Assembly: GCA_002245135.1 (NCBI GenBank)
Contig: NGBS01000871.1
Span: 124,001-188,000 of the forward strand
Reading direction: 5' to 3'
Source: Proteromonas lacertae
Lineage: Eukaryota
Length of the DNA stretch: 64,000 nucleotides
Both the position numbers and the translations under genes were made by a program. Shown one piece after another: positions 53,028 to 64,000 of the stretch. The number at the start of each line of letters is the position of its first letter. Positions within the stretch are counted from its first letter, which is position 1. Under the pieces are notes generated by a model that did not search any database, was not told the DNA's origin, and saw only the letters and a list, made by a program, of their open reading frames with translations.

Positions 53028-53739
53028 ATGCCTAAGAAAGGAGGAGGTAAGAAGAAAAAGAAGCGTATTTTATAACAAGGTGATTTTATTTTATAGTTGG
53101 AATTGATGAAGGAGGCATAATGCCTGCAGAAGATAAATTTGTCTTAATGACCACAATAAATCAAGCCATGATGCAAACATTGGGTATTTAACAATATGAT
53201 TACAAAATAATAGGCTCTCGAAGTGTACATGCAAAAGATGCACTAGAAGAGGAAAAGAAATTAAATGTATGGATTTAAATTATTATATTGATATTAGATT
53301 GAATTAGAAGAAGCAATAAAAAGATATGAAGATGAAGAAAATAAATTAACAGAAATAACTTCAGATATGACAAGGCAACACAGATCAATGCAAGTATTTA
53401 ATTCACTTATTATATTATAAATAGGAAGGATTGCTAGATAAAATAAATGCATTAAACAGAATAATAACAGATTTAAAAGATCAACTAGAAAGTCAAAGAG
53501 TACAGTTAGAAAATACAAAGAGAGAGAAAGATCAAATAATAGCAGGAAAAGAAGCTGAAATAAATGAAATGAAAGTGAAGATGGAACAAATTGCTAATGA
53601 ATTTGCTGATATGTTGAAACAAGTGTTAGATAAAATGAGTGATAAAATAGAAGTTGTAGCGAGTAGTTGGGAGAGTGATACTGGAATACCTATTATTCGT
53701 AAGCTGGAGGAATTTTCAGCTGATAAATCAGTTAAATAG
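53028..53739 (+). CDS. CCDC153: CCDC153/DRC12-like coiled-coil protein (nexin-dynein regulatory complex)
   Basis: MPKKGGGKKKKK start; DMTRQHRSMQ; KEAEINEMKVKMEQIANEFADMLKQVLDKM; four short introns. Confidence 0.72.
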
Positions 53740-53860
53740 ATTAATTTTTTTTTTAATATTTTATTTGTATTATACTTTTTATTTCAACAAAAGGGTGTGT
53801 GATAAAAATAAATAAGTTATTATTATTAAACATACTGAGGAAAAATAATTATTTACTTTT

Positions 53861-54321
53861 TCATTCTGGTATATCTTCTTCATCATCTTCAATTTCAATA
53901 TCTTTATCATCTTCATACATTTCACCACCTTCCTTATTATCACCATCACAACTGGAACAACAACTATCTCTTTTCTTTTCTTCGATGAAATGCTCTAAAC
54001 ACATTGCACAAAGTTCTTCTTTTAATGCACAGGCATCACATATTTTATGATATGCACTTCTTACTGTTTTACATTGACACTTTGAACATACACCTGGAAC
54101 TGTTAATGGCTTGTATTTTCTGTATTTCTTCCTCCAAATCAACTTTTCTTTACATTTTGGACAAACTTCTATTTATAATATAATCATATTTTATCAATAC
54201 TTTCTATTGGCATCTTTAAAATTGTTTCAGTCTTTTTAGATTTTTTATTATGTCTAAAAGCAAATGTGTTTTGATGAGCAGGTGCTCTGTGTTTTTCACC
54301 TCCTCCTTTTCTTGTACTCAT
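53861..54321 (-). CDS. C9orf85/DUF2039 family zinc-binding protein
   Basis: AHQNTFAFRHNKKSKKT; CPKCKEKLIWRKKYRKYKPL; CSKC...AYHKICDACA. Confidence 0.85.
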
Positions 54322-54467
54322 TTCAGATTTTGACTGGTTATATAACTCAGAAAATGAGAAATGATATTTACGAAAAATATATTCGTTTCTTGAGTGATTT
54401 TTTCATTTTCATTTTTCTAATCAAATAAACATTTAAAAACTCATAATAATAAATGAAACTTTATTGG

Positions 54468-55480
54468 CTATTCACTTCTATTTCTTTTCTTTGATGGTGA
54501 TGTTTCTTCACTTACTCTTTTAACTGCCCCATCAAAGCCTGGATCTGCAAAATACTTAGCTTGAATCACAGAAGGAGCATTAGCCTTTTCATTAAACTCT
54601 GTCAAAGCTTGTTTTAATTCTGTATCATCAAATCTCTTAGTTGGATCCTTATTCAGCAAATGTTGCAAAATCACATTAACATAACTACTATAATGATTTT
54701 TAAGAGGTTCTGGTTCTCTATCAATAATACTAACAACTAAAGTTCCAATTGCTAAATCATTAAATGCATGAGAACCACTGAAAAATAAATACATTAAACA
54801 TCCAAAACTCCACAAATCAACATGATAATCATAACCTTCACTTTTCAATATTTCAGGTGCAATGAATCTACACGTACTTAAACTTGGTAAACACTTCGTT
54901 CCCATATATAAATTATTCTTACAATGATCAACTAATACATTTCTACCATCTCCTTGCATTAATATGTTAGTAGGCTTTAAATTTCCATGTACAATGCCTT
55001 GAGAATGAAGTTCTATCATTCCATCACAAATATCAAATAAACAATTAAATATATTGTAATGTTTGAAATGTTCTATGCAGTTCTCTTCATTTAAAGTAAA
55101 TGGATATATAGGCATTTTTAAAAAGATCATATTATCGTCTTTAAAAACATATGGTATGACCATTGCAATATGGTCGGCTTTTAATGTACAAGCTTTATAC
55201 TAATAAATATAGACCATTGTTTTAGATATACAAATGCTTCTATTGTGTCATTGGACAAACCATCAATTCTAATCACTTTTAAGACTGTATTTTCAGAGTC
55301 CTTTATCCCTCTAACTTCGAAAAGTTGGCTGTCACTATGGCTGCTTAACTCTTTTATCACCTAATCAAGTTTTACATCAGAAAGAGTATACTGTAAATTT
55401 CAATGACTCATCATATTTCGTCTATTGAATGTAAATTGAATACATACAAAATCAATTTCTTTAGAGGTGGAGGAAGTCAT
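54468..55480 (-). CDS. Protein kinase-like, probable pseudokinase
   Basis: HGNLKPTN in place of HRD and DHC in place of DFG; FIAPE and DLWSFG retained. 5' exons are approximate. Confidence 0.75.
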
Positions 55481-55597
55481 ATATTTTAAATCTTTAAAAA
55501 ACCTGTCAAATTTACACTTACTTTGTCAGTATATGTAATTAGTTTTTTCTCAACAAACAATGATATAAGCAAACAAATAACAATGAATATATACAAA

Positions 55598-56624
55598 TTA
55601 ATCATCGAAGCCGACATTTTGGGAGTTCTCATACAAGTATTGATGAAAAGGAACTAATTCTTCAGCAATTGGATGATTTTTGTTACTTAAACATGTTCCA
55701 TCATCTGCATGACATATACATGGTCCTCCAAATTCAAATGGTAGATTCTCTACATCAATTACCTTTATCAGTTCACTTCTATAATTATGCCTTAAAATCT
55801 GTATCTTTGATCTGGTTCTACTATCTACAAAGCCTTTTATCAGATTCCAAAACATGTAATAAGAAAATGGGACATTCACTAAATAAATCTTCTCCAAACA
55901 TTCAGGATAATAATTCTGTACCATATTCAACAACACTTTACAAAAATCAATCATATCCTTCGATAAAACTTGACTTACAGAAAAGCCATCTAAATTTGTA
56001 ACAACCAATATATTATTGATCTTTTCTAGATTAGTATTACCACCATCACCATTTCTGGTATTATAATGAGGCGGAAATACTTTACTCATATATTCTATCA
56101 ATTGTATAAACATAATAATTAATGTATAATCATCCAATTGTTTTCTTAATTCAATAAAATCAGATTTTCCTGGATGGAAATAGAATACAGGACGATTCTA
56201 TTATAAATATATAATAATAATATACTTCTTTATCAACTTTGTGTAATGCTAACTTCAAATGGCTTCCTAAAATAATCCAATCATTTGGTTTATATATTCT
56301 ATTAAAAATATGATCTATGTGATTTGTTTTCTCTCCATTTCAATGTATTTACTATCATTTCATATGCTTCCATTGTGTTCCAGTTTCTAGCTATTAGAAA
56401 TCTCTCTAAAGTTGAATCACTAATTAAAATGTATAATCAACTAATTAAAATAAATATATACATTCCCGTTTGTGCAATTATGATGTTATTAAAAGGCTCA
56501 CTATCGAGTATATCTTTGTTTTTCAATATTTGCTTTAACGTTATTAATGCAAAAGCTTTTTGGTTTGTGAGATGATCCTATTTATAAAAAATATATTCTG
56601 CATCTATACAAAATTATATTCCAT
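55598..56624 (-). CDS. Sec14/CRAL-TRIO lipid-binding protein
   Basis: RFLIARNW, HKVDKE-NRPV, QNYYPECLEKIYLVNVP, TRSKI and NLPFEFGG. Extra A near 56328. Confidence 0.9.
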
Positions 56625-56952
56625 TCTTTATTTTACTATTAGAATCCTTTGAATAATAATTCACTGAAATTATAACCTAAACACGACTTTGTTATTTTAA
56701 ACTTAAACTTTATTTATATTTTTTAAATCTATTTTATCAAATTAAGACAAACATTAAACAGCGACACAACCTCATCACCTATTTTCTTTAATCTTTCTAG
56801 ATATTCTACCAAAATTCGTTTAAAACATAATATATAATTCATAAATTTATATAAAATATTCAGATTTACATATTAGCCTTGGGTTATTGAGTTAAAACAA
56901 AAAATAAAGTTCAAGCTCTCAAGCTTTTTTATAAATCAGTTTTATTTCTTAA

Positions 56953-58381
<1,429 letters not shown>

Positions 58382-58522
58382 ATTTAATATAAAACAAATT
58401 TAATATATTTGTTCAGTCACTATAGAAATTGTTTTTTTCAAAATAGTTTTACAAGCCATAAGTTTGGAATTTTTATTTCTTTTTTATTCCGTTGTTTATT
58501 AACTTGTGGGAAATATAGTAGA

Positions 58523-60861
58523 ATGAGTGTTTTAAAATACTTATGTGTGTTTATATTATCAATTGAGCTTGTTTTTGCTAACTGTCCTTATGAGTGCAAG
58601 TATCTTTTCATTTTGATAATATTTGTAGGAATAATGGTATTTGTAAAGCTAGTACATGTGAATGTCTATCACCTTGGAGTGGACCTGATTGTTCTGTGAG
58701 TATTTTTTTTTACTAAATCTATCTGTACAATAGAATTATGTCCATTTGGTAGTGATTGGAATGGTAATCATACAAATTATGTTGAATGTTCAGGTAGAGG
58801 AAGATGTAATAGAGAAACTGGTGAATGTATCTGTGAAAAGAACTTCATTGGTCAATCATGTGATAAATTATCATGTCCATCAGTAACCTATCAAGACTGT
58901 AGTGGTCATGGTAAATGTCTATCAATGAAACAAAATGCAGAATTATATGTCCAAAATACCAAGTGTTTCGATGAAGATCCAAGTAAAGACCCAATAATAA
59001 TACCTTATTATGAAGATCCTATTAGTAGTTGGGATGCTAATCGAATACATGGTTGTAGATGTCAATCTGGTTGGAAAGGCTATGATTGTAGTATTCCTGA
59101 ATGTCCTTATGGTGCTGTGACTTATAAAAATCATGCACATTCGACTAGTTATTTCACAATTCCGAGAGAAAAAGATAATACTTTCTTAGCAACAACAAGA
59201 TCGTGGAAAATCACAATAAAAAATTGTCCTTATCGTACAGCCACTTTTTGTCCAATAGAAACATTCGACGTTTCTCCATTTATTAATTTAAAGAAATTGC
59301 AAGATATTATAAGTGCAAATGGAATAGTTAAAGATGTTATTATCAACAGTATCAATGAATTACCGATATTTAATACTCCAGGAAATGTTATTAGATTTAT
59401 ATTCGTTTCAGATCCAAATGCAGAAGTTATTCAAGTATCTGATAATGATAAGAATAAAATAAATTCAAAGTGTTTTGTTTCAAATATAAATAATAATAAT
59501 TATAAAAGTAAAAATCAAAAATTTCCACTATTATATACCATATTATCTCCAGCTGAAAAAGTATATTTAGAATGTAGTGGAATTGGTGAATGTATTGCAG
59601 GAAAATGTGTAAATTGTGACAATACTGAATCAACTACAAATCCTTACTTATTGAATGAAGATATAGAATACAACAGTAATAGCAATAGAATTAACAATTG
59701 TCAAGTATCATCAAATCAATATATCAAATTACATAAAAGTGATGAAAAGGATCTATGCATATGGGGTGAATATTTAATATATAATAATGATTCAGTTTCT
59801 GAACATAATTACTGTAAATGCAATCCTGATTATTATGGTAAAAGCTGTAATAAAGGAAAATGTAGTAAGTTTAAAGATCGATCATTTTTCGATAATCCAG
59901 TTGCAACTAATGAAGCACATATGCCGAATTCATGTAGTAATGAAGGTAATTGTAATGAATTAACTAATAATTGTATTTGTAGAAATGGATTTAGTGGTTT
60001 AACTTGCAATTTGATGAATTGTCCAATAGGAAGTAAGAATAAACAAACATGTTCGAATCATGGCTATTGTAGAACAATGTCTGAGTTATATAACATTACA
60101 GAAAACTCAAATTTCTTTTATTGGGATTTTACTTCAATCGGTAATTGTGATTGTGATGAAGGATATACTGGTTATAATTGTGAAGAAAGAAAATGTCCAA
60201 TTGGTCCAGATCCTTTAGAATGTGAAGATAATCAACATTCATTTTTCCCTCCTTATTTTGAAATACCTCCATTAAATTCATGGAATACATTGACATTTCA
60301 TTTTAATGGTTTAGATACACCTGCTATTACTAAAGAGACTTTATTATCTGATATATCAAAATATTTGAATGATATAGGAGTAAGAGGTCCATTTACTTAT
60401 AATCGAGTTGAAAGATATGAAGATAAAATCACATTAACAATAGCAGAAACATATAATGATAATATTCAAGTATCTAATTTGAAGGATAATAAAGAGAATT
60501 ATCAATATAATATCATCTATTTACATTCTGTATATTATTATTATTATTATATATTGATTAGTATTGTAATGAAGAATTGATACAGACGCAGTTAGTTCCA
60601 CATAAGAGTATATCTTTATTAACACTTACTAATGAACGTAATAATAACATTATTCTACATAAAGGAACTGTTAATTGTTATGAATGTTCAAAAAGAGGAA
60701 TTTGTGATAAAGAATCTGGAATATGTAAATGTATTAAACCATTTAGTAGTAGTAATGGTATTAACTTGAAAGGTATAACAGAAAGTGGTAATAGAGGTGA
60801 CTGTGGGTATTTTAACCCAATTGAGAACTTGGAGAAGCAAGATGTAAATGATGATTTGTAA
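58523..60861 (+). CDS. Secreted EGF-rich protein with two tandem mastigoneme-like modules
   Basis: Signal peptide; ECSGRGRCNRETGEC; WDANRIHGCRC...GYDCSIPECPYG; FFDNPVATNEAH; CPIGPDP; terminal ECSKRGICD...SSSNG...GNRGDCGY. Confidence 0.75.
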
Positions 60862-60981
60862 TTTAATAAATATAATAATTATTACTTATTATTATTTTTG
60901 AATTGTGTTTATATGTTGAAATAAAAGAAGAAATAGGATCAACAGAGTTTGTATAGACACTTTCAAATGTAAAACTCAGTT

Positions 60982-61053
60982 GGCTCTGTGGTGTAATGGT
61001 TAGCACATTGGACTTTGAATCCAATAATCCGAGTTCAAATCTCGGCAGGGCCT
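60982..61053 (+). tRNA. tRNA-Gln(UUG)
   Basis: Acceptor stem GGCTCTG/CAGGGCC; anticodon arm TTGGA-CTTTGAA-TCCAA with TTG at 61015-61017; T arm GTTCAAATC; downstream T-run terminator. Confidence 0.97.
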
Positions 61054-61124
61054 TATTTTTTCATTTTTTATATTTTTTAGTTTTGCGCATTAGAGATGAT
61101 ATTTGTTGTTTTATATTCGTTACA

Positions 61125-61298
61125 TTATTTTTAAAGGTGTATCAGCTAATTATGATATAAAATAGTTTATTAACACACCTTATTAAATATTAAATATTAA
61201 ATGATTTTATATGAAATAAAAAATGGAATGAATGTAAAGAAAACAAAGAAGCAGATGAATTAGCAAACAATGCGATGAATAGCAAAATCAAAGATTGA
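61125..61298 (+). pseudogene. Degraded RNase HI-like fragment
   Basis: YEIK(fs)W...ENKEADELANNAMN matches the RNase H C-terminal NxxADxLA motif; possible relic of KG[DS]QLI upstream. Confidence 0.4.
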
Positions 61299-61555
61299 AT
61301 GAGAAAGATAAAGAAATTATAATGAAGTTTCTCAAAAATCTAAAAGAATCGTGGTGTAAGGCAAGGTTATTCATTTTCATCTTATATTTTCTATCTGTGT
61401 ATGAATGATCTAATAGACAGCATAGCTAAATATACGAAATGTGTTAGTTCAAATAAGAAATTTTTAATGATATTATTTTAGAATCACAGCAAATATCTAT
61501 AACATATTTATTGAAACTATTTAGTCCATCGACAGATTTGTGCAATAATATATAT

Positions 61556-62173
61556 TGTTGTGCGCCGTTGAGCTAAATGCGCCGTTGAGCGTTAAGAAGA
61601 CTTTTTTCAATTCTAAAATAATAGTGTGTGGTTTGATGGCGAGTTATATGCAAATATAATCTTACTTTGTCATATAAGCTACATCTGTGGTATATATTTT
61701 TTTAAACTTAATCCCAACATATTGAAAACAATTATAATTTTAATTTTAATTTTTTTGCTTCAATCACTACTAGAGCTAAAAATACATTAGTTTAAGCAAT
61801 TAAATCACACATATTTAGATGTTAAGACACTTAAAAACGAAAAAATAAAAAATCTATTCAAGCCTCATTCAAGCCTGTTTTTTCAAAATAAATTTTACTC
61901 AGGTAAATGCAATAAGTAGATATTCCTTTTCTATTTAAAACCTTTATCCCGATGTCTACTATTGTTATAAGCTTTTAAAATAATATAAAAATAAAAAGTG
62001 TTTCCAGTACAGGAACCTAAGCATGACTATACGATATTAGGCCAACGTAACTATTTTGGAAAACAAAGTATTGATTAGTAATATTGAAGGGCCAGAGGTT
62101 ACGTTTATGATATTAGAATTGAAAAAAGTCTTCTTAACGCTCAACGGCGCATTTAGCTCAACGGCGCACAACA
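61556..62173. mobile_element. Non-autonomous TIR element (MITE-like), 618 bp, TGT...ACA ends
   Basis: Perfect 61-bp TIRs at 61556-61616 and 62113-62173, each containing TGCGCCGTTGAGC twice; TATAT on both flanks; no ORF inside. Confidence 0.88.
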
Positions 62174-62621
62174 TATATATATATATATATTCATAATTAT
62201 TTTACATAAATTATTTATAAACATTATGTTACATAAATTATTTTAAAAAAAGACTTAAAAGGCAGGCTTGAGTGATGCTTGAATCTTTTTTTTTCTTTTT
62301 TTTTAATATTATAACATCAAAATCAGTTTATTCTATTTATATTAGATAATGTATTCTAGACTATAGTAGTAACTGAAACATAAACTTAGAAAATATTAAA
62401 AATTTATCGCAGATGTTATGTTATAGGACAAACTCACTATATATATATTTGTAAATACCTCCTTATAACTAAGGAAAAATTATATTTTTAAATTCCTTTC
62501 GTTTGAAATAAACATTTTCTATATTTTAAAAATAATAATTCGTTTCATATAATATGAAACGTATATATTTTAAACAGTTATTTTTTTCTTTTTTAATTTT
62601 CTCATAATATAATCAATAATA

Positions 62622-64000
62622 ATGTCAGATAATGACGAATATGAAGATGGTAAAAGTACAAAAGATGATAGAAATGTAATATCAGTTCGTTCAGATGATG
62701 TTAAGAAAAATAGAGAAATGGTAGGTATGTTGGAGTTATACCCTCCTGTTGCTAAAGCAATACCAGAACCAGAACCACCCAAACAAGTTTTCAGAGTATA
62801 AATTGATTTTTTATGAAAATTAGCTGACAAGAAAGATAATAGATCCATGTGCAGAACCTGTCAAACCAATATGGCTTCCTAATTTAAATGATCGTAATTC
62901 CAGCTCAAATATAATGGCAGGAAAGAGATTTCGTCATACACCTTATTGGTTTAGAATGCACAAGAAATATAAAATTCAAGACAGTTTAATCCCAGCATTA
63001 GAAGTAACTCCAGAAATTATAAGCCCCAGAGGTAAAACTCAAAAACCACATCAACCAGATTATAAATGGTTAAATGCAGATCAAAAAGAAAAAAGTATAT
63101 AAAAATGATGTAACATTATTATTTACAATAGAATATCGAAATTATTTATCAGCAAGAGAGAATCAAAAAAGAAAATATCCTCAATTGAAATGGTTGAATA
63201 TCTCACCAAGATATAAAGAGGATCTACTACCAAGAGAGTTAAGTAAAAGTCCAATATCACGTCATACATATTGTCCAGATGAAACAAATGTATATTTATA
63301 GAAATATATTTTTATTTTTTTCAATTAAATAGGTTTCTCCTCCAAAATATTGTCGATATGTTCCAACTGGAGATTTTTATTATGACACTGAGCAGAGAGT
63401 AAGAAAGTATTTATATTCATATACATTATGTTATTATTTAGATTACCATTTTTACTATCAGAAGATGAAAGAAATTCACCTATTCAACCACCTTCACCAT
63501 TAGGAGATGAAATAAATAATATAAAGAAAGAAGGAAGGCAATATTACCCAATAAATAGAAGATTTCAATTACAACAACAGCAGTTAAAACAACAGCAGTA
63601 CAATGATAATGCTGATGATGAATATAGTGGTTCAGACAATGATGAAAATAATGAATATAAAGAGAAAGGAAATCTACAAATGTCTCCTTCACAGATGATT
63701 AAATATTTGCCAAAATCAAAAGATTATTATCTCAAAGATTATGAAGCAGATTTAAGAAAACAAAAACTGAAAGAAAAAATTGAAAGAGAAAGAAAATTGA
63801 GAGAAGAGAAAGAACAAAGACATAAAAATAATTATGAAGATAAAAATCGAAATGAAAATGATAATGAAAATTATGATTCAACAAGTTCAAAGAGTTTAAT
63901 ATCTGAAAATGAGATAGAAGATAAAGAAAGTATAAATGAAACAGTAATCACAAATGAAGAACCAAATAGTAGAAAAGTTGCAAATAATCAATATAACAGT
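62622..64000 (+). CDS. 5' part of an unknown multi-exon gene, truncated by the window end
   Basis: ATG at 62622 (MSDNDEYEDG...); exons linked by ~30-nt introns; charged, low-complexity 3' part. Confidence 0.55.

Noticed and set aside
61561..61590. CRISPR-like repeats (TGCGCCGTTGAGC twice)
   Set aside because: Only two 13-bp copies 4 nt apart, fully explained as sub-repeats of a TIR; eukaryotic context with no cas genes.

Overview
Eukaryotic nuclear DNA: very AT-rich and gene-dense (about 30 protein genes plus one tRNA-Gln(UUG)), with tiny introns mostly 26-43 nt. Several features together suggest an Opalinata stramenopile, most plausibly a flagellated Blastocystis relative such as Proteromonas (inference): the short introns, a giant putative-Ig (He_PIG-like) repeat protein, TGTTTGTT boxes after stop codons, an organellar RsmH, a DRC12/CCDC153 homologue and two tubular-mastigoneme-family genes. 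Housekeeping genes include SEC24, VAMP7, CIAO1, cytosolic IleRS, TAP42 and several kinases. Main points: (1) a ~15.2 kb gene for a ~5,000-aa secreted protein whose N-terminal ~1.86-kb repeats alternate near-identical framework with hypervariable PA14-like segments, and which ends in a complete mastigoneme-type (Sig1/Ocm1/Mas) module; (2) an AT-AC (U12-type) intron in VAMP7; (3) a 2.3-kb inverted duplication of a GPI-anchored surface gene, the two copies having different tails; (4) a 618-bp non-autonomous TGT...ACA element with perfect 61-bp TIRs in a TA tract, with a diverged inverted copy of its interior just outside; (5) a catalytically degenerate BED-finger hAT gene; (6) recurring TCAAGC boxes upstream of genes and TGTTTGTT boxes downstream. 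Many single-base insertions break conserved genes and are most likely consensus errors. All family calls come from motif recognition by eye, not from database searches.
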